From the IMG/VR virus record IMGVR_UViG_2541047736_000004, positions 1 through 37,700 of that record: DNA of 37,700 bases. The stretch is one strand, 5' to 3'. The stretch's first letter is position 1; each line of letters starts with the position of its first letter. The position numbers were made by a program, and so were the translations under genes. Of this stretch, positions 8,545 to 16,834 are shown piece after piece. The notes beneath the pieces are model-generated. The model did no database searches and was not told the DNA's origin. It saw only the letters and a program-made list of their open reading frames with translations. The DNA comes from a virus (taxonomy: Duplodnaviria > Heunggongvirae > Uroviricota > Caudoviricetes).

Positions 8545-8625
8545 TGCGATGAATTCATTTAAAACTATAGTTGTTTTATCGTCAACAACAAAAGTTGTTT
8601 TATTGGTTGTTTTAGATATAACTGG
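8545..8625 (-). promoter_or_regulatory. pL-like promoter with OL operators
   Basis: Minus-strand GTTGTTGACGATAAAACAACTATAGTTTTAA is paralogous to the pR region; repeated GGTTGTT/AACAACC half-sites. Confidence 0.55.
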
Positions 8626-8717
8626 TTGTATTTAAGATGGATTTATTTTGTGACTTGCATCGCATAGCGATAACTGAAGCGAGGTCGTGGTGGTTTTTTG
8701 AACGGTTTGTGTGATGA

Positions 8718-8748
8718 GGGGAGGCAAAAGAAAACCCGGCACTGGGGC
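8718..8748 (-). terminator. Left half of the immunity-operon intrinsic terminator, split by IS4
   Basis: With IS4 and one duplication copy removed, the minus strand reads AAACCCGGC-cccagt-GCCGGGTTT followed by TCTTTTGCC; IS4 sits in the loop. Confidence 0.55.
8737..8748. repeat. IS4 target-site duplication, left copy (CGGCACTGGGGC)
   Basis: 12-bp direct repeat directly flanking both IS4 ends. Confidence 0.85.
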
Positions 8749-10174
8749 TAATGCCAGTCAGTTAAGCAACTGACTGGCTCTTTTTCGGGGCTGTGGGGTA
8801 TTTCCAGGGCCTCTCCTTTACCACTCTCGGGAAGGCCCTTTCCCTTCTTGTCGGTAATTTCACAAGTTGTCCCATACTTGCAAGATCGCGCATCAGCTCC
8901 GGTATACGTCCCGGTGAAGCGCCCTGCAATGTCATCAGCATTCTCATCACCATTCCGCATGATTCTGAGAAACTCAGTTGATTCGGCCAGTAACCTTTCA
9001 GATGTTCCGCCATTTTAATCATCTGATATCTCACCAGATTATAAGCCAGTAAGACACCCCACAGCTCTTGCTCCACAAGCTCCGGCTTTTTACTTCTCAG
9101 CGTCAGCCTGCTCCGTTGCATCGTCTGTTTTATCTCCCTGTATCCCAGTTCGATTTCCCAGCGATGACTGTACAGATCCCCCATTTCTCCTCCGGGGAAG
9201 CGCATGGCGTCCGTCATCGACGTCAGCAGATGGCAGACTTTTCCTTTGCGCGTCACGGTCAGCAGGCGGGCAGTCACTTCATTTCCCAGTCCCGGCCACT
9301 TTTTTCGTGCCTGCGGGCTGGTTTTCAGCTTCACCAGATGATCGCCTTTACCCAGTTTTCTGATCTCTTCATATTGCGCTCCCTTTCTGAGAGGTATCAT
9401 CCAGTGGCGGTGTTCTCCCGCCAGGCTCCAGGCATTTAACAGTCCCAGTGAGTAATAACCTTTATCCATTAACGTCAGAGTGTTATCGCCGGTTTGTTCT
9501 ATAAGTTGCTCAGCAAGCTCATTTTCGCTGTTCTTCATCGTGCCGAAGGCTGCAGCCGTCAGCAGATGGCTGGTCAGTTCCATCTGGCAGACCATTTTGA
9601 CCTGCGGGTAGAGCGCCGGGTTCCCGGCATGTGTCTGGCGGGGGAAGGCTGCATCGTTCTCTGGTGTATCCGGTGTGCGCCAGAACACACCATCGATGGC
9701 CAGCAGGGTCAGGCCGCACCAGTGCGGATGCGGCGTGGCGTTATGCCAGAGCTGCGCTGTTTTCGTGAACACGCGGCGGACAGCCTCACTTCCCAGGCGC
9801 TGGCGGGCCTGAATAACGGCACTGGGGGCAACGAAGGGGCGATTGCCCGGCAGCATGATGTCCAGGCGATTCACAATCTGGTGAAGAGGTTCTTTACGCT
9901 CAAGCGCCATGCCAACAATACACCAGACCATCATTTCGAGGGGAAGACGGCGCTTGCGTAGCGTTACAGTACCTGATTCGGCAAGGCAACGAGAGATGAG
10001 TTCGGGGTCGAGGTAATCCCCCAGAGAAGTCAGTGGGTTACGCAGAGAATCGTAACGGGATACCAGATCAAGAGCCTGTCCAATGTGCATAAAAAAATCC
10101 GGAAACAAGTGAGCGTTTCCGGATTCTTACACAGCCACTGGATCGGTCAACTGATCCTTAACTGATCGGCATTA
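8749..10174 (-). mobile_element. Insertion sequence IS4, complete (1426 bp)
   Basis: Terminal inverted repeats TAATGCCAGTCAG... and ...CTGATCGGCATTA; encodes the IS4 transposase; flanked by a 12-bp duplication. Confidence 0.95.
8762..10090 (-). CDS. insG: IS4 transposase (442 aa from MHIGQALDL start)
   Basis: Recognised as the IS4 transposase (DDE family); the supplied ORF carries a 6-codon upstream extension. Confidence 0.9.
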   Translation of the reverse strand: MHIGQALDLVSRYDSLRNPLTSLGDYLDPELISRCLAESGTVTLRKRRLPLEMMVWCIVGMALERKEPLHQIVNRLDIMLPGNRPFVAPSAVIQARQRLGSEAVRRVFTKTAQLWHNATPHPHWCGLTLLAIDGVFWRTPDTPENDAAFPRQTHAGNPALYPQVKMVCQMELTSHLLTAAAFGTMKNSENELAEQLIEQTGDNTLTLMDKGYYSLGLLNAWSLAGEHRHWMIPLRKGAQYEEIRKLGKGDHLVKLKTSPQARKKWPGLGNEVTARLLTVTRKGKVCHLLTSMTDAMRFPGGEMGDLYSHRWEIELGYREIKQTMQRSRLTLRSKKPELVEQELWGVLLAYNLVRYQMIKMAEHLKGYWPNQLSFSESCGMVMRMLMTLQGASPGRIPELMRDLASMGQLVKLPTRRERAFPRVVKERPWKYPTAPKKSQSVA

Positions 10175-10186
10175 CGGCACTGGGGC
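10175..10186. repeat. IS4 target-site duplication, right copy (CGGCACTGGGGC)
   Basis: Identical to 8737-8748. Confidence 0.85.
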
Positions 10187-10193
10187 CGGGTTT
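10175..10193 (-). terminator. Right half of the IS4-split terminator
   Basis: Carries the GCCGGGTTT stem strand that pairs with AAACCCGGC at 8732-8740. Confidence 0.5.
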
Positions 10194-10268
10194 AGATGGA
10201 TAAGAAAGGGTAATAGGGAATGAAAAATCGCTTTGCGTAATGCAAGGTGGCGAGCAGTTTCTTAAGCA

Positions 10269-10709
10269 CTAAAGAAAAAAGTACATTGATAGCTTATAAA
10301 GACCTGTTCCTGCAGCGATGATTGCTGGAACACCAAGCAATACCGCAAGCTTTGCGTCTGAAATCTTTCTATCGACAGCATCGATGGAGGGTTTTTTGGC
10401 TAGTGAATCTTTTATTGAATCGAGTCGCTCCAGAACAGCGATCATGTTTCTGTCGATAGATTTGACATCTGTCTTAAGCTCATCAACGTCACGTCGGATA
10501 TAGGACACATCAGACTCAAGCTTTGCAACTTTCGATTCAAGCACATTATTACTCCCAGAGCCACCGCTACCACTTGATTGTAGCATAGGTACATTACCGC
10601 CAGACATACCAGCTGATTGAGAAAATGCTGCAGTGTGCAAAGATGATGATCTTGCCGCTTGTTCAAGCTTTTCAGTTAGGTTTGGAGCTTCGTAATAACC
10701 GTGTTTCAT
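10269..10709 (-). CDS. Hypothetical tail-anchored membrane protein with coiled coil (146 aa), rex-position cassette gene 2
   Basis: Gly/Ser-rich linker, heptad-like coiled-coil segment, single C-terminal TM helix (LAVLLGVPAIIAAGTGLYKLSMYFFL); follows the 89-aa ORF after a 8-bp gap, co-oriented with cI. Confidence 0.55.
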   Translation of the reverse strand: MKHGYYEAPNLTEKLEQAARSSSLHTAAFSQSAGMSGGNVPMLQSSGSGGSGSNNVLESKVAKLESDVSYIRRDVDELKTDVKSIDRNMIAVLERLDSIKDSLAKKPSIDAVDRKISDAKLAVLLGVPAIIAAGTGLYKLSMYFFL

Positions 10710-10717
10710 TGTTAATA

Positions 10718-10987
10718 TTATGACTTATTGGTTTTAGCTCTATCATGCTGATCGCGAATAAAGTCAGCGAGTTTAAGCATTAAATCTTCCGTCATGCGAA
10801 TTGTTGCAATGTTGTACTTTACGTTTTCAGTGTCATTACTACCATCAGCGCCCCATTCTGTAACATGCTGAAAGAAAGATATGGAGCCTAAGCGATCGTC
10901 ATCTTCCCCAAAAGATGAATATCCAAATGCATCAGCATATGCATCTACACAGTTATTTGATTTTTTTATAAGTTTTTTATCACTCAT
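10718..10987 (-). CDS. Hypothetical small acidic protein (89 aa), rex-position cassette gene 1
   Basis: ORF immediately downstream of cI on the same strand; no recognised domain. Confidence 0.5.
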   Translation of the reverse strand: MSDKKLIKKSNNCVDAYADAFGYSSFGEDDDRLGSISFFQHVTEWGADGSNDTENVKYNIATIRMTEDLMLKLADFIRDQHDRAKTNKS

Positions 10988-11066
10988 TTTTGCCTTTCCC
11001 GTAATGTTATTTTTATAAAGAATTCTTTCAGCGCATTACCCAAAAGCCTCATCAGCACGCAGCTGA

Positions 11067-11756
11067 TTATCCGTGTTTCCTATACGTCTGCGGCATACTG
11101 CCAATAACCTTCCCGAAAATGAACACCCGGTTCATCTCGTCTTTCTCGATCGGGTCCCACGGTGAGTAGCTCTTGTTATCAGAGATAACCAGTAGCTTAT
11201 CTTTCATCATTTGCAGGCGCTTTACATGGGCTGTGTCGTCGTACAGAAACGCATAGATACCATCACCGTCGAAAGATTTAACCGTGATATCAACGAACAG
11301 CAGATCACCTGGTTCGATCGTTCCTGACATGCTGTCACCACGCACGTTAATGATGCGGATATTTTCCGCCTTCCTGCCATCGAACATGTGACGAGCATCG
11401 TCAAACGAGTACTCAACCGAGCGTAGAACTTCTACAAACTCACGGTTGATTACACCCGGCCCGGCACTGACTTCTATATCAAGAACGTCAATTTTGAAGT
11501 ATTTGGAATGGCTGACAGTTGATTGTATTGGTTGCACTGTACTGTCTGACATATTTCCAACGCCAGAAGATAACCATTCTGCGCGCACACCCAAAGCGTT
11601 CGCGATCTCCACGATTTTAGTTGTTTGGTTAGCTTTCCCTGTTTCGATTTTCTGAATAGCAGCCTGGCTAACCCCGACCAAATCCCCAAGCGCCTTTTGT
11701 GTAAGGCCTCGCGCTAATCTGGCTTCTTTAAGTCTTTCTGAGAGTGTTGTTTTCAT
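11067..11756 (-). CDS. CI-type prophage repressor, HTH-XRE plus S24 LexA-like peptidase (229 aa from MKTTLSERL)
   Basis: N-terminal HTH (LTQKALGDLVGVSQAAIQKIE), Ala-Gly cleavage site (SAGPG), Ser and Lys catalytic motifs (GDSMSGT, HVKRL); the internal ATG at 11756 is preferred because the upstream extension would cover the OR palindrome. Confidence 0.85.
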   Translation of the reverse strand: MKTTLSERLKEARLARGLTQKALGDLVGVSQAAIQKIETGKANQTTKIVEIANALGVRAEWLSSGVGNMSDSTVQPIQSTVSHSKYFKIDVLDIEVSAGPGVINREFVEVLRSVEYSFDDARHMFDGRKAENIRIINVRGDSMSGTIEPGDLLFVDITVKSFDGDGIYAFLYDDTAHVKRLQMMKDKLLVISDNKSYSPWDPIEKDEMNRVFIFGKVIGSMPQTYRKHG

Positions 11757-11860
11757 AGACCAAATGTACAACCAAGGTTTTATTTCATCAAACGAAAATG
11801 GTTGTTGACTAAAAACAACCATAGTTTTAATCTTGATTCGGATTAACCACGGAGGTTGTT
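11757..11860. promoter_or_regulatory. OR operator / pR-pRM divergent promoter region
   Basis: Palindrome TGGTTGTTGACTAAAAACAACCA at 11799-11821 with embedded -35 TTGACT; candidate -10 in TAGTTTTAAT upstream of cro. Confidence 0.6.
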
Positions 11861-12091
11861 ATGAACCCAGCAATCAAAACAGCGATCAATATCGTTGGTT
11901 CACAAAAGAAACTAGGCGATGCCTGCGAAGTTTCACAGCAGGCCGTCTATAAGTGGCTTCACAACAAAGCAAAGGTATCCCCTGAACATGTCGGCAGCAT
12001 TGTTACGGCTACTGGTGGAGTTGTGAAGGCATACCAGATTCGCCCGGATCTTCCGAAGTTGTTTCCACACACCGAAAAGAACGCAGCTTAA
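11861..12091 (+). CDS. Cro-like / YdaS-family HTH regulator (76 aa)
   Basis: Small HTH protein divergent from cI; resembles Rac-prophage YdaS as recalled. Confidence 0.7.
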   Translation: MNPAIKTAINIVGSQKKLGDACEVSQQAVYKWLHNKAKVSPEHVGSIVTATGGVVKAYQIRPDLPKLFPHTEKNAA

Positions 12092-12160
12092 ATTTCCATT
12101 TCACGCTCTTTAACAATAAGCAATCAACTTAACAGTCAATTCAAACTAAAGGAGTCAATT

Positions 12161-12700
12161 ATGCAACCACTTACATACCAACAGACTAGCGGATTTATTC
12201 CGACTGCGGTGATAAATCGTTCTCAAACAAAACAAGCTCCAGGCCACGAAAAAATCCGTGATGCCGTCCGCGCCTGGTCGGCTGTAGATAATCAGGATGT
12301 CGTTGCCGCACTCATTGTGAATGAGTATCGGGAGCAGGGCGACGGCACCATCGATTTCCCTGATGATGTCAGCCGTGCACGCCAGAAGCTGTTCCGCTTC
12401 CTCGATAACAAATTCGATTCTGAAAAATACCGAAATAACGTGCGTGAACTGACCCCGGCAATTCTGGCGGTACTACCGCTGGAATATCGCGGTTACCTGG
12501 TTGAGCAGGATAGCTTCATGACTCGGTTGGCTGAAATGGAAAAGGAACTCAGTGAGGCAAAACAGGCTGTCATTCTCAACGCACCACGCCACCAGAAACT
12601 GAAGGAAATTAGTGAAGGTATTGTGTCGATGTTTCGTGTGGACCCAGATCTGGCTGGTCCATTGATGGCGATGGTTACTACCATGCTGGGGGCGATATGA
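12161..12700 (+). CDS. YdaT-like protein in the cII position (179 aa)
   Basis: LTPAILAVLPLEYRGYL matches the Rac YdaT segment IPAILAILPRELR as recalled. Confidence 0.55.
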   Translation: MQPLTYQQTSGFIPTAVINRSQTKQAPGHEKIRDAVRAWSAVDNQDVVAALIVNEYREQGDGTIDFPDDVSRARQKLFRFLDNKFDSEKYRNNVRELTPAILAVLPLEYRGYLVEQDSFMTRLAEMEKELSEAKQAVILNAPRHQKLKEISEGIVSMFRVDPDLAGPLMAMVTTMLGAI

Positions 12701-12786
12701 CAGGTTCAGAAATGGCGAAAGCCGGTCTGCGCGAACAGAACCGACTTTCAGGTGCAAATCGTAACACACTCATTGCGGGAGGAATT

Positions 12787-13692
12787 ATGGCAAACACTGC
12801 TGAGATATTCAATTTTCCAGTGCCGGATGAGGCACAAAAGGAGCAGCGCGTGGCAGATCTCGATGATGGTTATACGCGCATTGCAAATGAGTTGCTGGAA
12901 GCTGTGATGCTGGCCGGATTAACACAGCACCAGCTTCTGGTCTTTCTGGCTGTCATGCGCAAAACATATGGCTTTAATAAAAAACAGGATTGGGTTAGCA
13001 ACGAGCAACTTTCCGAATTAACCGGGATATTGCCGCACAAGTGTTCTGCTGCAAAAAGTGTTCTGGTAAAGCGTGGGATTTTAATTCAGAGCGGGCGGAA
13101 TATCGGCATCAATAATGTGGTCAGTGAATGGTCAACATTACCCGAATCGGGTAAGAAAAATAAAGTTTACCTGAAAGAGGTAAATTTACCTAAATCAGGT
13201 AAAGGCGTTTACCCGAATCAGGTAAACACAAAAGACAAACTAACAAAAGACAATATAAAACCTTTTTCGTCCGAGAATTCTGGCGAATCCTCTGACCAGC
13301 CAGAAAACGATCTTCCTGTGGTGAAACCGGATGCTGCAATTCAGAGCGGCTGCAAGTGGGGGACAGCAGAAGACCTGACCGCCGCAGAGTGGATGTTTGA
13401 CATGGTGAAGACCATCGCGCCATCAGCCAGAAAACCGAATTTTGCAGGGTGGGCTAACGATATCCGCCTGATGCGTGAACGTGACGGACGTAACCACCGC
13501 GATATGTGTGTACTGTTCCGCTGGGCATGCCAGGACAACTTCTGGTCCGGTAACGTGCTGAGTCCGGCCAAACTCCGCGACAAGTGGACCCAGCTCGAAA
13601 TCAACCGTAACAAGCAACAGGCAGGCATGACAGCCGGCAAACCAAAACTCGACCTGACGAACACTGACTGGATTTACGGGGTGGATTTATGA
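12787..13692 (+). CDS. O: Replication initiator O (301 aa), lambda-like C-terminal half with a divergent N-terminal DNA-binding half
   Basis: C-terminal ~140 aa near-identical to lambda O as recalled; GGAGG RBS before the ATG at 12787; iterons lie inside the gene. Confidence 0.85.
   Translation: MANTAEIFNFPVPDEAQKEQRVADLDDGYTRIANELLEAVMLAGLTQHQLLVFLAVMRKTYGFNKKQDWVSNEQLSELTGILPHKCSAAKSVLVKRGILIQSGRNIGINNVVSEWSTLPESGKKNKVYLKEVNLPKSGKGVYPNQVNTKDKLTKDNIKPFSSENSGESSDQPENDLPVVKPDAAIQSGCKWGTAEDLTAAEWMFDMVKTIAPSARKPNFAGWANDIRLMRERDGRNHRDMCVLFRWACQDNFWSGNVLSPAKLRDKWTQLEINRNKQQAGMTAGKPKLDLTNTDWIYGVDL
13138..13225. repeat. Origin of replication: four 17-bp iterons (TTACC-N7-GGTAA) inside O, followed by an AT-rich stretch
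   Basis: Iterons at 13138-13154, 13167-13183, 13186-13202 and 13209-13225; AT-rich DNA at 13226-13262. Confidence 0.75.
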
Positions 13693-14411
13693 AAAACATC
13701 GCCGCACAGATGGTTAACTTTGACCGTGAGCAGATGCGCCGGATCGCCAACAATATGCCGGAACAGTACGACGAAAAGCCGCAGGTACAGCAGGTAGCGC
13801 AGATCATCAACGGTGTGTTCAGCCAGTTACTGGCAACTTTCCCTGCGAGCCTGGCTAACCGGGATCAGAACGAACTGAACGAAATCCGCCGTCAGTGGGT
13901 TCTGGCTTTCCGGGAAAACGGGATCACCACAATGGAACAGGTTAACGCAGGAATGCGCGTAGCCCGTCGGCAGAATCGACCATTCCTGCCATCACCCGGG
14001 CAGTTTGTTGCCTGGTGCCGGGAAGAAGCATCCGTTACCGCCGGGCTGCCAAACGCCAGCGAGCTGGTTGATATGGTTTACGAGTATTGCCGGAAGCGTG
14101 GCCTGTATCCGGACGCAGAGTCTTATCCATGGAAATCAAACGCGCACTACTGGTTGGTTACCAACCTGTACCAGAACATGCGGGCCAATGCGCTGACTGA
14201 CGCGGAATTACGGCGTAAAGCTGCCGATGAGCTGACCTGTATGACCGCGCGAATTAACCGTGGTGAGGCGATACCTGAACCAGTAAAACAACTTCCTGTC
14301 ATGGGCGGTAGGCCTCTAAATCGTGCACAGGCTCTGGCGAAGATCGCAGAAATCAAAGCTAAGTTTGGGCTGAAAGGGGGAAAAGCATTATATAAAAAGA
14401 TTTCGAAATAA
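13689..14411 (+). CDS. P: Replication protein P (DnaB helicase loader), 240 aa
   Basis: Near-identical to lambda P as recalled; start overlaps O stop (ATGA). Confidence 0.95.
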   Translation: MKNIAAQMVNFDREQMRRIANNMPEQYDEKPQVQQVAQIINGVFSQLLATFPASLANRDQNELNEIRRQWVLAFRENGITTMEQVNAGMRVARRQNRPFLPSPGQFVAWCREEASVTAGLPNASELVDMVYEYCRKRGLYPDAESYPWKSNAHYWLVTNLYQNMRANALTDAELRRKAADELTCMTARINRGEAIPEPVKQLPVMGGRPLNRAQALAKIAEIKAKFGLKGGKALYKKISK

Positions 14412-14563
14412 TGCATTGATTTTTATGTTTTTTTCTGTTCAGGTCCTATTGGTTGAAATTAATGCCACTGGGAATAAAAGTTTTAGCAAAGCCCTTCAAA
14501 AATGTTGCTGTTGTAAGCTAGAATAATGCGCCAAATTTACATTGCTGAAACCTGGAATATAGG

Positions 14564-15229
14564 ATGAAAATCATACAGTTACAAATGGTATTTTTTTACG
14601 ATTCATCAACGACTGTCGATTTCGATGGAATGTCGTATTTTATTAGGCAAACTTTTAAAAAGAAGGCAGGTATTGAATTAACAAACAATATGATGTTGGG
14701 CGTTTTACCTATGGATACCCCACCAGAGATTCCTCGTCTCCAATTGTTTTCTATAGATAATAAATTTAGAGTTCAATGCTCACTGCAGAGATGTGATTTG
14801 TTTTTTGAACGTATGGATTCTGAGCAAGAGGTAGACTTACATTTGTTTCAAGAAGTTTTCGATAGTGTGGTTGATATCCATAAAGAACTCAATAAGGATA
14901 TTATCAGAATAGGCTTGGTGGCCGTTAAGGCGGAATTAAACAACAACCCAAACAAAGAGATTGTTAAAAACTATCTTAGTAACAACATGCAGAATGATAG
15001 CGAAATAATTGAAGATATTAATTTAATGTATAATAAAAAATTCGAGTTTGAGCAGTCCATATTTAATTGTCATTTGTCGATTATGTCAGGATATGATATT
15101 GTCAGAGAACAACCAATGCTAGTGAAACAGATCGATGTGAATACAATCGAGAGTTTTATATTTAAAGATAAATATACCGCAGAAAAAACAAAAAAAGCCT
15201 TTTTAAGTAAAGTGAATGAAATTCAGTAA
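14564..15229 (+). CDS. Hypothetical soluble protein (221 aa), AT-rich island gene 1
   Basis: ORF in strongly AT-rich DNA; no recognised motif. Confidence 0.55.
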   Translation: MKIIQLQMVFFYDSSTTVDFDGMSYFIRQTFKKKAGIELTNNMMLGVLPMDTPPEIPRLQLFSIDNKFRVQCSLQRCDLFFERMDSEQEVDLHLFQEVFDSVVDIHKELNKDIIRIGLVAVKAELNNNPNKEIVKNYLSNNMQNDSEIIEDINLMYNKKFEFEQSIFNCHLSIMSGYDIVREQPMLVKQIDVNTIESFIFKDKYTAEKTKKAFLSKVNEIQ

Positions 15230-15243
15230 TGTGAGGTGGCTGA

Positions 15244-16203
15244 ATGAATAAGGATGATAATAAAAAGGATATAAAAAGAACTGCAAAAAATAATGCTATA
15301 GTCAACGATGACATGGCAAAAAGAACTGCGCATCATTCACTTTATTCTAATTCACAAGTATCGAATAGTACATCTACGTATACAGGAGGGGTACAAAAAA
15401 TTAGTAATTTGCAGATAGATAATAAAACTGCAACAGCTTCAAATAAAGAGCGGGAAAGTATATCCATCAAAGACGCGGCACCACAAAAATTAATAAAAAC
15501 CTCTCTTTTTGTTAATGAAAAAGAAATGTTGCATGAAGCTATAAAATACAGTTCAAAAGCAACTGTGCCGGTGATGGATAATACTGTCTCTAATGCCATT
15601 TTATCTAATTACTTTGTTAATAATAATTCTGAATCTACAATTTCTTTTAATAAAGAGAATGTAAAAAAATATACAAAAAGTGATATTGATAACATCCTCT
15701 GGAAAAATACCAATGATCAACTAACCAATTTTTCGCAAGAGTTGAATAAGAGCAAAAAGAATATTAATGATACTAAAAGAAAAATAGGTAAGGTAATGTC
15801 TTCATTATCTCAGCAAACTGCAAAGATTGAGCAATTTGATGCAACATTATCAAATGCTGAAAAAGATATACATGAGAAAGTTAAAAGCTTTGAATCGGAA
15901 GTAATTACAGCAAGGAACTCAATGCTGGGTGTCATTGCTTTATTTGCTTCTTTCTTTACTTTCATTTCTATTTCAGTAAACGTATTTTCTCGCGATATGT
16001 CTTTAAGCATGTCAATCTCAGTTTTGTTAGTGATATGGTCGTGCTTAATTAGCTTTATCTTTGTTTTTATGGCAGGAATTAGCAAGGGAGGAGCTTTTTT
16101 TACAAGCTCATCATTTATTAAGCATGCCATTTTTATGGTTGTGCTTTTTATTTCATCTTTCGCACTCCCTAAAGTTATTTTTAATATCTTTGCAATTAGC
16201 TGA
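15244..16203 (+). CDS. Hypothetical membrane protein (319 aa), three C-terminal TM helices, AT-rich island gene 2
   Basis: Asn/Lys/Ser-rich coiled-coil-like N-terminal region; three hydrophobic helices in residues ~230-315; starts 14 bp after gene 1. Confidence 0.55.
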   Translation: MNKDDNKKDIKRTAKNNAIVNDDMAKRTAHHSLYSNSQVSNSTSTYTGGVQKISNLQIDNKTATASNKERESISIKDAAPQKLIKTSLFVNEKEMLHEAIKYSSKATVPVMDNTVSNAILSNYFVNNNSESTISFNKENVKKYTKSDIDNILWKNTNDQLTNFSQELNKSKKNINDTKRKIGKVMSSLSQQTAKIEQFDATLSNAEKDIHEKVKSFESEVITARNSMLGVIALFASFFTFISISVNVFSRDMSLSMSISVLLVIWSCLISFIFVFMAGISKGGAFFTSSSFIKHAIFMVVLFISSFALPKVIFNIFAIS

Positions 16204-16315
16204 CTATCAGATGTTATCTTCAGTTGTTTAGGGTTGATTTAAAAGCGAATCTTAATATTTTCAAGTTTTGAATTTAGAAATAAAAAAGCCATAATATTGT
16301 CATCGGAGCCTAAAA

Positions 16316-16420
16316 AACTCCGGTGACTTCTGCGCTAAACGGGGACGTTTATGCGCACACACAATCCAAACTCTCATCTCCATTCACAGATGCAGAAATG
16401 CACCTACGATTTTTTACATT
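16316..16420. repeat. Direct repeat copy A (~105 bp, ~95% identical to 18250-18354)
   Basis: AACTCCGGTGACTTCTGCGCTAAACGGGGACGTTTATGCGCACA... occurs twice, flanking the Bro-N / 169-aa module. Confidence 0.85.
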
Positions 16421-16834
16421 CGGTGTTTTACTTCGACAGCCAGAATTGGGAGTCTCTATTCGTCTGGCGGCTAAAGGTGATATGGAAATCGTTATGTTTT
16501 GGCCTGAGGTAGTTGTAACTGTTGTAGCAGCTATGGCTGTGATCATCATGGTGTCCATTTACTGGGGTTGACGACATGATTTATCCGGCGCTATATTCTG
16601 TGCGTTGCCGCAAAATCGGCACACGGGATTGGCGTCCCGGGATACTACTCAACGCATACCGCGTTAAGCGGTTTTTTTGTGCGCTAAGCACGGCTATGCC
16701 CAAATTATGGTGGGCTGTGTGAGGGCTTCTTCGGAAGCGCCGGGTTTGAGTAGCCGGTTACGCCAACCTTACACAGTTCACCACCAGTCGATTGGCGTCG
16801 TTGGTGGTGATGGTTAACCTGATGAGGTGATACT

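Noticed and set aside
9068-9961. Plus-strand ORFs inside IS4 (9068-9439, 9494-9961)
   Set aside because: They are antisense to the well-characterised IS4 transposase and occupy the same DNA; IS4 encodes a single transposase.
16323-16571. 82-aa ORF as a real gene
   Set aside because: It begins inside repeat copy A, appears to use a non-ATG start and looks like a 5' fragment left by recombination; the hydrophobic C-terminus is not sufficient evidence.
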